Shown here piece after piece: positions 27,346 to 37,700 of a stretch of DNA of 64,000 bases. Source of the stretch: an uncultured virus (IMG/VR IMGVR_UViG_3300031566_004355) (lineage: Duplodnaviria; Heunggongvirae; Uroviricota; Caudoviricetes); the IMG/VR virus record IMGVR_UViG_3300031566_004355; one strand, written 5' to 3'. The stretch's first letter is position 1; every line of letters begins with the position of its first letter. The notes under the pieces were generated by a model that saw only the letters and a list, made by a program, of their open reading frames with translations, had not been told where the DNA came from and did no database searches. A program made the translations under genes and the position numbers.

Positions 27346-29807
27346 AACCCAATGAGTGTTTAGGTTGTGCCCTCTACGACTGTCCGGGACCTGTACCTGG
27401 AGAGTTTACCGACGAGGAGGTTGACGTGGTCTTTGTAGGTGAGGCCCTCGGTGCTGTTGAGGTTCAGCAGCATCGTCCGATGGTAGGTCAAGCGGGTCGG
27501 GTGTTGCGGCATACTATCAAGTACTATATCGAGGACAGGAAGTTGCCTCTACGTTACGGCATAACGAACGTCTGGGTGTGTCGTCCTCCAGGTAACAAGC
27601 TTCCGGAGGATGCCGAAGAGCCAGCTGAGTACTGCCGGAGGCGACTATACGAGGACTTGACAACTCATGGCCAGAAGCTTACAGTACCTCTGGGTAGTAC
27701 AGCTCTGGATACTATAACTAATGTGGGAATGTCGATTACATCGATTCAGGGCCACATGTTCTCGACCGACTACAACGGCACTCGTCTAGTTGTATTGCCC
27801 ATGTTTCATCCCTCGTACTTACGTCGTCACGGCTCGAGTTGGCGCTATTGGGAGTTGGGTTGGGACAAGCTCGAGATGTACATTCGCGACGGCAAGACGC
27901 ACTTCATACCATTCTCGCAACGAAAGGTGCACCATGCGCACTCTCCTGCAGAGGCGTTGCAGTTCCTGAAGCGTATCCGTGAGCTGTCGCGAGAGTATCC
28001 AGTAATGTCGTGTGACGTCGAGACGAGTGCGGGCTATCACCCTTGGGCGGGTGCACGACTACTCTCGGTTAGCATAGCATGGAAGTCTACTGAGTGTGTC
28101 GCGATAATGTGGCACGATATCGAGCACTTTCCTGCGTATGATGAGTTGAAGGCGCTACTCGAAGACCCGAACATAATTTGGCTGTGGTACCAGGGATTAT
28201 TCGACACAGCACACTTTAGGAACGTTGGTATGGAGCCGCGTATCGACAGAGACGGGCTACTCGAGATGCACCTAATAGATGAGCGTCCGAACATTCACGG
28301 TCTTAAGTCTAACTCGTGGCTCTTTTTGGATGCACCTAACTGGGAGGCAGACATTAAGGAGTATGCACCCAAGAAGGAAGACTCGTACGAGAAAATTCCG
28401 CCTGAGAAGCTTCTCGAGTATAACGGTATGGATACCGTGCATACTATTCACTTGTCCGAGGTTGCTCACGACTACTTCGAGCTCGAGGGCTTGACTTGGT
28501 ACTACGATAATATCCTGGCTCCTGCGTACGATATGTTGGCACGGTCGCGATTCATAGGACTGCGGTGTGACTTGTACAGGGTTAAGTCGTTGCAGGGTGA
28601 GATTCAACCCGTGCTTAACGACCTGCACAAGCAGATGTGTGAGGTGGCTGGCGACCCGTTTTTCAATCCTCGGTCGCCTGCACAGGTCAAGGAACTACTA
28701 CACTCAAGGGGTATTATGGTGCCGAATACCCGCAAGGAAGTTCTCGAAGAGTATCTGGGTGACGAGCTGGTCGATGCGATTCGAGACTACCGGGATGCTG
28801 ACAAGATGATGAGTACGTACATTATAGGCGTCGTTGACGATGTGTACGATGACTTGAGGGTACACCCAGACTGGAAGTATCCTACGGAGACTGGAAGGTT
28901 AAGATGCGGCGACCCCAACCTGCTTGGAATGCCTCGAAAGGCCGAGATTGCCGAGCACAAGTGGAAGCGGTTTATCAAGGAGATTTGGGTTGCGGACCCC
29001 GACACACTATTTATGCATATAGACAGGGGTCAGAGCGAAGTGAGGTGTAACGTCTATCTAGCTAAAGCTAAGGACTTTATGCAACGGTTGATTGACGATC
29101 CTACTATCGACATCCATGGCGAGTACGCTACGATGTTATTTGGGCCCGATTTCACCTACGAGCAGCGCTTCCTGGCCAAGATGATAGTAACCTTTGCAGT
29201 CCCGTACGGCGCTGAGGCTGAATCTGTGGCAAGGCGGTTTACGGCTGCGGCTCGTCAGACGGCTCGTAACATAGCCGAGAAGGCTGGGCTTGATCGCAGA
29301 GCCCTCAAGGGCAGTGCAAACCGAGTAGGATTGCAGAATGGTATCGTGTACTATCACGCTTGGACAGTGTTGGAGGCGCGGAAGATTATCAGCGACTTCT
29401 TTGCTAAGATGCCCGAGGTAGACGAGGCTCGTAAGAGATGGAAACATACTGCACTGACTGAGGGTAAGTTGGTGAACTACTTCGGGCGAATTAGGCGGTT
29501 TGGCTTGGTAGCACAGGAGCGTCGCAAGCATGTAGGGAACGAGGCCTACAACTTTCCACCGTCTAGCCTCAGTAACGACCTTAATTTACTGAGCTGTATC
29601 GAGACTAGGCGGCAGTTTGGTAAGTATGGTGTGGAAGTACTCGTGCCGATTCACGACGCGGGACTACTACGGCTTCCAAAACAAGGGGCCGAGCAGTTAG
29701 CTGCGGACATTCAGGGTGTCTGGGAGGCTCTACCTACACAATACTTACATACTGACTTGCCGTTTCCATGTGAGGTAACACTCGGCGAGCGCTGGAGCGA
29801 CCTGTAG
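27342..29807 (+). CDS. polA: Family A DNA polymerase with N-terminal family-4 uracil-DNA glycosylase-like domain
   Basis: UDG: C..C, FVGEALG, VGQAG, TNVWVCRPP, HPSY; exo: DVET, YNGMD; pol: TETGRL, DRGQSEVR, RFLAK..TF...YG, IHDA. Confidence 0.93.
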   Translation: MKPNECLGCALYDCPGPVPGEFTDEEVDVVFVGEALGAVEVQQHRPMVGQAGRVLRHTIKYYIEDRKLPLRYGITNVWVCRPPGNKLPEDAEEPAEYCRRRLYEDLTTHGQKLTVPLGSTALDTITNVGMSITSIQGHMFSTDYNGTRLVVLPMFHPSYLRRHGSSWRYWELGWDKLEMYIRDGKTHFIPFSQRKVHHAHSPAEALQFLKRIRELSREYPVMSCDVETSAGYHPWAGARLLSVSIAWKSTECVAIMWHDIEHFPAYDELKALLEDPNIIWLWYQGLFDTAHFRNVGMEPRIDRDGLLEMHLIDERPNIHGLKSNSWLFLDAPNWEADIKEYAPKKEDSYEKIPPEKLLEYNGMDTVHTIHLSEVAHDYFELEGLTWYYDNILAPAYDMLARSRFIGLRCDLYRVKSLQGEIQPVLNDLHKQMCEVAGDPFFNPRSPAQVKELLHSRGIMVPNTRKEVLEEYLGDELVDAIRDYRDADKMMSTYIIGVVDDVYDDLRVHPDWKYPTETGRLRCGDPNLLGMPRKAEIAEHKWKRFIKEIWVADPDTLFMHIDRGQSEVRCNVYLAKAKDFMQRLIDDPTIDIHGEYATMLFGPDFTYEQRFLAKMIVTFAVPYGAEAESVARRFTAAARQTARNIAEKAGLDRRALKGSANRVGLQNGIVYYHAWTVLEARKIISDFFAKMPEVDEARKRWKHTALTEGKLVNYFGRIRRFGLVAQERRKHVGNEAYNFPPSSLSNDLNLLSCIETRRQFGKYGVEVLVPIHDAGLLRLPKQGAEQLAADIQGVWEALPTQYLHTDLPFPCEVTLGERWSDL

Positions 29808-29902
29808 GCCTGCCGACGCTCATTCTCAAAACTGGATTTCACTTTTCTCTTACCTCTTTTGCTCCCCAATGCTGTCAACCAGCTCCTTACCCATTCCGAT
29901 TC

Positions 29903-29945
29903 CTATAAGGATGTGCGTGTGTACACTCATTGTATGATGTATAAT
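29903..29945 (+). promoter_or_regulatory. Promoter P4 (structural operon): box CTATAAGGATGTGC plus TATAAT
   Basis: GATGTGC 29910-16, TATAAT 29940-45, 23-nt gap. Confidence 0.75.
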
Positions 29946-29978
29946 AGGTGTATCATAAAACTTTGAGGTGACGCGCCT

Positions 29979-30266
29979 TTGTACGAAGGCGCTGCCAAAT
30001 ATCTTGAGGAGGTTAGTGCTATAGCCAATAAAAAGTACAGTGAATTGACTCCTGCCGACAAGGCGAAGAGGCGTGAGTATGCTAAGGACCGCCGACATCG
30101 CATCAACGACGCAGCGAGGAAAGCTGGTGTCATTGGCGCACCACGGCCTAAGATGTCCGATACGGAGCGGAAGGCGAAGAGAAAGACGTATCAGAAGGCG
30201 TACCGGAAAACTGTGGTTGCGCAGGCCCGGGCTTATCGACAGCTCCAAGCCGAAGGAAAGGCTTAA
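29979..30266 (+). CDS. Highly basic protein; candidate virion nucleoprotein
   Basis: K/R-rich 95 aa; first gene after P4, directly before the candidate capsid gene. Confidence 0.65.
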   Translation: MYEGAAKYLEEVSAIANKKYSELTPADKAKRREYAKDRRHRINDAARKAGVIGAPRPKMSDTERKAKRKTYQKAYRKTVVAQARAYRQLQAEGKA

Positions 30267-30318
30267 TACACCTTTGGCTTTTCTGTCAAAAAGAATAATA
30301 CAAGGAGGTTATCCATAG

Positions 30319-30543
30319 ATGATTGGTAGTGTAATTGGTGCATTGGTGGTTGGTCTGATAGGCGTTTTCGCCATCGTGATATCTCAGGGTATCATATCCG
30401 GCCAGACTACTACTGGATGGCCTACGGTCCTCACATCGATTATGACCAACATCTCCCCAGTGATCGGTATAGTGGCCATCATTGCGATGTTTATCATAAT
30501 TGTGAGGTTAGCGGGAGGCTTTGGAGGCGCCAGCGGCGTCTAG
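30319..30543 (+). CDS. Candidate major capsid protein: 74 aa, two hydrophobic helices, spindle-virus VP1-like
   Basis: Helix-polar turn-helix architecture; strong SD AAGGAGGT; followed by a strong hairpin. Confidence 0.6.
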   Translation: MIGSVIGALVVGLIGVFAIVISQGIISGQTTTGWPTVLTSIMTNISPVIGIVAIIAMFIIIVRLAGGFGGASGV

Positions 30544-30578
30544 TCAATCTATTCGAGACGCCATGACGTAGAAATACG

Positions 30579-30605
30579 GAGAGGGGACGGCAACGTCCCC
30601 TCTCT
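30579..30605 (+). terminator. Strong hairpin after the candidate capsid gene
   Basis: GAGAGGGGACG-GCAA-CGTCCCCTCTC, 11-bp stem with GNRA loop. Confidence 0.7.
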
Positions 30606-30616
30606 GTCTATGGGGA

Positions 30617-31216
30617 GTGAGTATGCACGGCGCAATGGCCTTCTTCGTGTTTGTGTTCATAGCGTGCCAGATAGTGGTTATTTCCATTTCTGGCGGTGGT
30701 ATGGCTGTTACTGCTCTTACAAGTAGTGTTGATGAGGATGACGCAACTTTTCCAGTTAGCAGTACTACAGGACTTCTAGGGGCTTCGGTACTCCATCCTG
30801 CGTACTTGATAGTGGTCGGAAGCACCCGCGAGGTAGTCTCTTATGCAGGGCTGACGAGTACTACTATAACTGGTATTACTCGGGGTGTTGCAGACCCTCA
30901 GACCGGTGAGCAGTATGAAGCTAGTGAGCATGCTGTAGGGTCGAAAGTGATGACCACTAATGTGGGCGCTCTCGACAGCTTTGTCGGGTACAATGTAGGT
31001 AGTGCCCAAGGCACTGGTGGTTCCATAAGTGTGATAGTAGCGTCTGGCCTTGCTGTCCTGCGAAACTTTCCTAGGATGCTGGTATGGGATTATCCCTGGT
31101 TCAACAACCAAACGGCTATTCTGCGACTCCTGCTACTTTGTCTCAGTGCAGGTTTTATATGGTCGCTATTCATGACGTTCCTTCAACTCGCTCGAGGTAT
31201 TCTGATTCCATCGTAA
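30617..31216 (+). CDS. Membrane-anchored virion protein
   Basis: N- and C-terminal TM segments around a beta-rich domain (EVVSY..LT.TT.TGITRG). Confidence 0.6.
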   Translation: MSMHGAMAFFVFVFIACQIVVISISGGGMAVTALTSSVDEDDATFPVSSTTGLLGASVLHPAYLIVVGSTREVVSYAGLTSTTITGITRGVADPQTGEQYEASEHAVGSKVMTTNVGALDSFVGYNVGSAQGTGGSISVIVASGLAVLRNFPRMLVWDYPWFNNQTAILRLLLLCLSAGFIWSLFMTFLQLARGILIPS

Positions 31217-31459
31217 CGGAGGTATAAGCGGCAAATGGAGGTGCATACGTGGTAGAGTGGGCAACGGTAATAGTCTCAATATGTCTTGCAGGCCTGGTTT
31301 ACTTCCTCATTAAGGGTATTGGACTAGCACTCAAGGGCAGAGAGCTGCCGGATGCCGAAGAAGGCGACTATGTTATTAAAGTGGTAGCGAGGATAGGTCA
31401 CAGAGGCTACTTGGCTGTGATGAGCCGGTACGAGAGACGTGATAAGAAGCGAGAGGTGG

Positions 31460-32437
31460 ATGGGCCGTAGGGTACTAGTTGCGGTTCTAGTTGCGACTGT
31501 GGTGCTGCTGCTTTGGCCCATAGCGACGCTCGCAATTAGTGTCCCGGACGAGGGCCCATACATTATTCAAGTCGACGCTTACAGACACGTCCTTGAAGAT
31601 GGCGACTTGTTGATACATGGCCGTTACAACTGGCCGTACGCATCTCCGCCTACTGAGACGATAACCCAGGCTGTGTTCGTGAGGCTTTTGGCTGGTACTA
31701 CGGAGCTTGCATACTGTGCACCCTATGCCTATTACAGTCGTGGCTGGAGCTACGGGTCGTTCTCGATGTACCTGACGGCTGCAGAGGCCTCGGGGTATTG
31801 GGAGGACACTCTGACTGTAGATATGCGTGGCAGTCCTACGCTTACCTGGACGGGTGGTGGCGACTATGTTGTGACCACTACTACAATTAACTGGAGGTCG
31901 ACTGCAACCGCTGTTGCGACTCGAGCCCTGATGTGTAGCCACTTAATTTCGTGGGCGACTACTTTGGGTGACTACTGGAGTGTTGCTTTGGTGTCTCAGT
32001 ACGCGGCCGGTGATAAGTTCTCGTCGTATGGCGAGGAGTACTTTACTAATGTGATACCGGGTCTGAGGGTTATGGTACCGGACTTGTTTGCAGGCGCCTC
32101 GGAGACACCTTCATACGACGATATTACCTATAACACTACCGCTGCGGCGACTATGCAGGATAACTGGCCTTTCGATATGGGCGGCATATCTGAGTGGCTG
32201 GGTATGCCTAACAATGACGAAGTTCTACGGACCGTAATAGCGTTCGTGATTATCTTTATTATAGGTATGGCAATGGCACGTCAGGGTATTCCCTCCGGAG
32301 CTATCCTCTTTGCGTGCTTTACGCTCTTGTTCGTTCTTGCTGTACCGGGATTCATCTCAATGATACTGGTGGGAGGCATTATGTTCGTCCTCATTCTGCT
32401 GACGGGTATGGTATTTCTCCTGCGGAGGGGTACATGA
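31460..32437 (+). CDS. Secreted protein with C-terminal multi-TM anchor; candidate virion protein
   Basis: Signal peptide, ectodomain, about three C-terminal TM helices; SD GAGGTG before ATG 31460. Confidence 0.65.
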   Translation: MGRRVLVAVLVATVVLLLWPIATLAISVPDEGPYIIQVDAYRHVLEDGDLLIHGRYNWPYASPPTETITQAVFVRLLAGTTELAYCAPYAYYSRGWSYGSFSMYLTAAEASGYWEDTLTVDMRGSPTLTWTGGGDYVVTTTTINWRSTATAVATRALMCSHLISWATTLGDYWSVALVSQYAAGDKFSSYGEEYFTNVIPGLRVMVPDLFAGASETPSYDDITYNTTAAATMQDNWPFDMGGISEWLGMPNNDEVLRTVIAFVIIFIIGMAMARQGIPSGAILFACFTLLFVLAVPGFISMILVGGIMFVLILLTGMVFLLRRGT

Positions 32438-34776
32438 AGCGTGGTCTCGTGTTGGGCTTGTTTCTCGTGCTGTTGCTGACGGTTCCAGTGGTTGCCGCGA
32501 CGTATACAGCTCCAGTTACATTGACCGAGGAGGGCACGACCGGCTACGACATGTTGCCTGTGTCTGTTGCTGTTGACAACGACAACCTGGTCGACCTAGG
32601 TATCATGTCGAGTACGGGTCTTGATACTCGCGTTCTACAGGGGTCTACAGAGCTTCCTCATATGGTCGTTAATGACTACCTATGGTTCGCGTTGCCTGTA
32701 GTTCAAGGCAATCAGTACCCGCTCAAATACACCTTTGGCAACACCGCATTATCTAGCTTTCCAGTTATCGTTGGTGATGGGGGGTACATTGTCATAACAG
32801 ACGATGCTGATTTGGAGTTGGACGGTGATTTTGAGATTGAGTATGACGGTTGGGTAGACACTACGGCTCCCACGTATCCTAAAGTGGAAGCAACAACTAC
32901 GGGCTATGACGACTCATCGACCTTAACTCACGTAATGGATGTGCCTGCAGGGGCAGAAGAGGGTGACCTACTCATCATAATGGCAGTCTGTTATGGAAGT
33001 GCGTCAGCTCCCGTTATTACTTGGCCGAGTGGCTTCATCAACTTGGACAAGTTCTCGCATAGTACCTATTCTCAGGCGGGAGCTGCGTATAAGTTTGCTA
33101 CTGGGTCTGAGGGCAGTACCGTTACTACTACATCCTCGACAATTTCCTACTGCTCGTGGCAGGTATTTAGAATCTCTGGGGCTACAGCTGCACCCGCAAT
33201 CACAGCTGAGGCAACAGACTATGACTCCAGTCCCAATTCAGCTGGCTTGAATCCAAGCGGTTGGAATAAGAGTGTAGGAACGCTATGGATAAGCTTCTTT
33301 GCCATGATGAGTGCTCATGACGTAGATTGCTCAGGGTACCCTAGTGGATATGGTGATGGATTGTATGTAGAAGACCCTGCTGCCAGCTTTACTGCTGTTG
33401 GCAGTGCAAGAAAGCAGTCTATTTCAGATTCCGATGACCCTGGTGCCTTTACTTTGACAGGAATAGACACCTGGGGAGCATGGACAATTGCAGTGAAGGG
33501 TAGTGAGTATCTGGTAAACAAAACGGATTCGTTTAGCATTATGGTCGGCGATGTTGGGGAGGTGTTGGCCTCTATACCTGGTATTGATATTAGTCAAACC
33601 ATAACGGGCGGTGGAGTGCTGCTCTATAATGGTAGTTATATCAGGGCTGGGGAGAAATTCACTAGTATGCCCATGGGTTACATAGACAGTGCTTCAGTTT
33701 ACCTTACTAAAGTAGGGAGTCCTACAGGTACTGCATATGTCAGACTCCGAAAGGTTTCTGATGATTCTGAGATAGGCACTTTCGGAAGCATAGATGCGTC
33801 TACTGTAACTGCTGGCACTAATCGGTATGACTTCACAACTCCTGTTTTCAATCCGACAGCCCAAGCTGCGAGAGTTACCATTGAGTTCAATGGTGGTAGT
33901 GGAGGTGCCTACATCTTTGTTAATACTGCGAATAGTGACGAGTTAGCTGATGCTCATGTCTGCAGGTATATTAGCTCATGGGATGATACTTTGACCGGAT
34001 ATGATTTGACATTCGAGCTTGATTATAGAGACTGCATAGGTAGTGCTACCTCTATAACTGCAGGAGACCACAATGTGAAAGCGGCTGGGGACGGTACCGA
34101 CATGAAGCTATACATAGATGACGTTGAGAAGGACAGTGAGACAATAAGGGCAGCCTCTGACAGCGACAATGGTTGGCTTATTTCTGGCTCGTACTTTAAT
34201 TCTTACACGCACACGACTTCGGATACTTTGAGGCTGACTTATGAGCCTGATTCTATTATAGTAGACACGACGCTACCCAATGAGGAGTTTCCCGGTACAT
34301 ACGATGGTGCTATAACCTTTGGCTCGAATCCTTCGAACGTTTCTACAACCCTGGGCGCGCTGCTCCCAGTAGAAACATCGGCGGCAAGTGCGTCCGCGGA
34401 CGAGACTCAGCCTAGCTTTGTGCCGGATACTGGTGATACTACCTGGGTTACTTCGGGCATCGAGGGTGAGAACTTGCCGCTATATGGATTCTTCAAGGGG
34501 CTGTTTGCGACCTATCACGAGCAGGGTGGGCCGGATATTTCTATGCCACTGTTCTGGAAGGTAGTTGCGGTAATACTTGCGTGGGCCTTTGGTACCGCAG
34601 TTCTGGTGACGACTAAACAAGTTGCGTTCGCGTTCATTGCGTACGTTGCGGGATTCGCTGTTCCTGCCTACTACATGGGAGGCCTGTTGGACTCTTGGCT
34701 TCCTATAGTGTACGGACTAGGTGCTGTGTGTCTCGCAGCGCTGACCTGGAAGTGGACTAGTAGTTCTATGGCATAA
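32434..34776 (+). CDS. Large secreted beta-rich protein with C-terminal TM anchors; candidate adhesin or spike
   Basis: Signal peptide MKRGLVLG..VVA; Ser/Thr/Asp-rich beta domains; three C-terminal TM helices. Confidence 0.7.
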   Translation: MKRGLVLGLFLVLLLTVPVVAATYTAPVTLTEEGTTGYDMLPVSVAVDNDNLVDLGIMSSTGLDTRVLQGSTELPHMVVNDYLWFALPVVQGNQYPLKYTFGNTALSSFPVIVGDGGYIVITDDADLELDGDFEIEYDGWVDTTAPTYPKVEATTTGYDDSSTLTHVMDVPAGAEEGDLLIIMAVCYGSASAPVITWPSGFINLDKFSHSTYSQAGAAYKFATGSEGSTVTTTSSTISYCSWQVFRISGATAAPAITAEATDYDSSPNSAGLNPSGWNKSVGTLWISFFAMMSAHDVDCSGYPSGYGDGLYVEDPAASFTAVGSARKQSISDSDDPGAFTLTGIDTWGAWTIAVKGSEYLVNKTDSFSIMVGDVGEVLASIPGIDISQTITGGGVLLYNGSYIRAGEKFTSMPMGYIDSASVYLTKVGSPTGTAYVRLRKVSDDSEIGTFGSIDASTVTAGTNRYDFTTPVFNPTAQAARVTIEFNGGSGGAYIFVNTANSDELADAHVCRYISSWDDTLTGYDLTFELDYRDCIGSATSITAGDHNVKAAGDGTDMKLYIDDVEKDSETIRAASDSDNGWLISGSYFNSYTHTTSDTLRLTYEPDSIIVDTTLPNEEFPGTYDGAITFGSNPSNVSTTLGALLPVETSAASASADETQPSFVPDTGDTTWVTSGIEGENLPLYGFFKGLFATYHEQGGPDISMPLFWKVVAVILAWAFGTAVLVTTKQVAFAFIAYVAGFAVPAYYMGGLLDSWLPIVYGLGAVCLAALTWKWTSSSMA

Positions 34777-34788
34777 GGAGCATGTAAG

Positions 34789-37700
34789 ATGATTAGACGA
34801 CACGATTCGCGAGATAACACTTTGCTAGTGCAAAGTTCTGTGACCTCGACACCTGAGCAGCGACGTCCCGGGATACAAGACGTCGAAGCGCAGGGTGTGC
34901 AGGGTGTGCAGGGTCGCGGACCGGGTCGCCCTCATGCAGTTCACTGGGACGATGTACTGTCTAGCGCGACAGTTTATGCACAGCAAGGTGTGGACGCAAA
35001 CGTCCTTGTGCAGCTAATACGAGAGAGCAACCTACGGTCTGAGGGAGAGACTGGCTTTGTACTGAGTCAAGTAGTCTCGGCTGAGGTCCTAGACACCCTT
35101 ACTGCTGAACATCGCAGTTGGTACGACCAACAGATTGTAGAGATGACTCGAGTACTTGAGGAGGCTCAGAAGAACGTACAGAAGCGAATAGCGTCCTTGA
35201 AGGCACGTGGAGGCTACACATCGTCCGACATTCAACGGATTAAGACGAGCGAATACCCCAAGTGGAGTGCGCGGTACAAGACCGCTGATAAGGCTCTTGT
35301 CGGACTAGTCGCTAAGGGTGGTAAGGGAGCAGTCGCGACAGAGCAGGCAGGAGCGTTTGCTAGGATACGAGCCAAAACAGCTGGTGTCGACCTTGGCGAC
35401 TTGTCGGAGCAAGACGTTGCTCAGTTGAAGCTGGCGTCGGGTGCCGATGTGTTGAGGCAAGCGGCTGACTTAGGCCTGAGCTCGGGGCAGCTAGCTGCTG
35501 CTATAGGCGGTGCGAGAGGAAAGACTCTTGGAACGCTTCTAGAGTTGGAGCCGTACAAAATTGAGGCCGAAGATGTTCCTGAGGGCGTTCCCGAGGTTAT
35601 ACTACGAGCTACTCCCGAAGAGCTGCACAGGATTGAGGAGGCTGCGACCTCTGGGGTGTGCGTGGGTGCGATGCGCGCGTACTACACTATTCAAACCTGT
35701 CGGGCAGTGTTGCGCGACGGCAGCTTCATATACGTGGAGGCCTTGAGTGTAGCTGATGCGGAGCAGAAGGCTAAGGATGCCGGATATGATGTTGTGTGGA
35801 CAACCTGGATGAGCGCCCGACCCTACGACGAGTGGAAGGGTGCTACAGCTTCCGAGCCTCCTGAGGATGCAGGACCTCTTGCGTCGACGGAGGACCTTCC
35901 AGTAACTCCAGAGACTACGTATCGCGCGGAGCCTCTTCCTATACCCCCGGACACAGAATACGACATACTTCAAGTAGTGGGAGCGGCTCAACGTGGAGAA
36001 GTCCCTATGGACGATCTCAAGAGAGTGTTTGGCGCCGACGTCGTCGAGGCCACACTACAGGGTTGGAACGCACTCTCTCCAGAGTACCAAGAAGTTGTGA
36101 TGGCTCAGGGTACCGACGTCTTGCGTCAGACTATGCAAGCCTCGATGCCCTCGGAGTACCAAGAGATTGCAGAGGCCGACGGCTTGGAGGTCGCGATAGC
36201 AGCATATAGCAACGCTCTCGAGGCCTCGGAGACAGCGCAACAGACTATTCAGGACTTTGCAATGGAACGGGGTCTAGCTTCCGACGACCTCGTATCGCTA
36301 TACTATGCAGGAGTGGGCGTTGACACCCTTCGTCAAGCATACCCCGGTAACTCAGAGTATTTCGGTAACCTCGAGCGAGTGCTCGATGCGATAGTGTCTA
36401 CAGTAGAGGTCAAGGAGACTCCTGGAACGTTTTGGACTGTTGAAGGTGCTCCCACTCCCGTAACACACGCTCCAGACTATGTGGGTGCGGTGGCCCTAGG
36501 TCTTGTTACTGTAGATGACATAGGGCTTCTTGGTTACGACTCTCAGGTGTGCACAGGCATTGGCAACGCAGTTAGTGGTATTCAGACAATCGTTGCTAAA
36601 TTCGATGCGGGAGTACAGTTAACGCCGCATCCCTATCCCCTGGGTAGCGGCACGTACGAGGCAACAAATCTTACGCGCGCGGAGATGACAGACTTGACGA
36701 CTGCTTTTCGGGAAGCTGGCGTGCCGTTCTTCGATGCCTCTTCGGAGGTTTCAGAAATCGAACAGGCAGCCCAGGCGTGGCGCGAGGAGTTAACGAGTGA
36801 AGATAAGATAAGGGTCGCGAGGGTATTAGTGAGCTATCCCGCCTTAGGGCGTCCGCTCGTGAGTCTCCACAGGGCACTGAGCACTCCGACTGCAGGCGAG
36901 GCCACAATGTCTAGGATTGCTAACAGCTTGCTCGCGGCCCCAGTGAGCGCAGTCATGACGCCCTTTGTCAAAGATATGACTGCAGGCGAGCTGCGGGAAC
37001 AGTTAGGACCTTACGCGACTATCGGTGCCGAGGACAAGGAGACTAGCTTCGACATCACAAAGTTTCTCGAGGATAACCCCTACGATGCGCCGTTGCTACT
37101 GCGTGGCGGCTTTGCTCCTGAGGAAGTCGAACGGGCACAAGAGGGTGAGCAAGTTAACACCATGCCGCAGGGTGCTACGCCCTTGGATTGGGTCATTATG
37201 GGCGCCGTGGTAGCGTCTTTCGCACTCCCAGGATTGCGGCACGGAATGATGGCTGTACTCGGTACTAAGGGCCCACTACACTTTGTGACCGCAGGACACT
37301 TTTACCGTTCTGCGGCAGCTACAGTCCTGTACCAGAGCCTAGCTATCGGCGAGACTGCTCTGAAGTGGGGCTTTCCAGTCGGACTGACTGCAGCAGACCT
37401 CATTTACTGGAAGGACTGGACGATTGAACAGAAGGCCATTGCGGGCATATTCACTGGTCTAGCATGGCTACCAGTTGTGGGGACACTGTTCCGAACTGCT
37501 AGAACCGGAACTCAGTACGCTAGGGCTGCGTTGTCTCGAGGCCCTACAGTACCTGGGAGGGCCTTGACAACGGGCTACTACGACCTCTACCCGATACAGG
37601 TTCCTCGAAGCTTTTTCGCAGACCTTCCACTGGAGGTGCGAGTACAGATTCGCACGATAGTGACTAGCAATATGGCCCCGGAGGCCCAGATTAAGGCTAT

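Noticed and set aside
34891..34914. 9-bp repeat CAGGGTGTG
   Set aside because: Short coding microrepeat (QGVQGVQG) with no wider pattern
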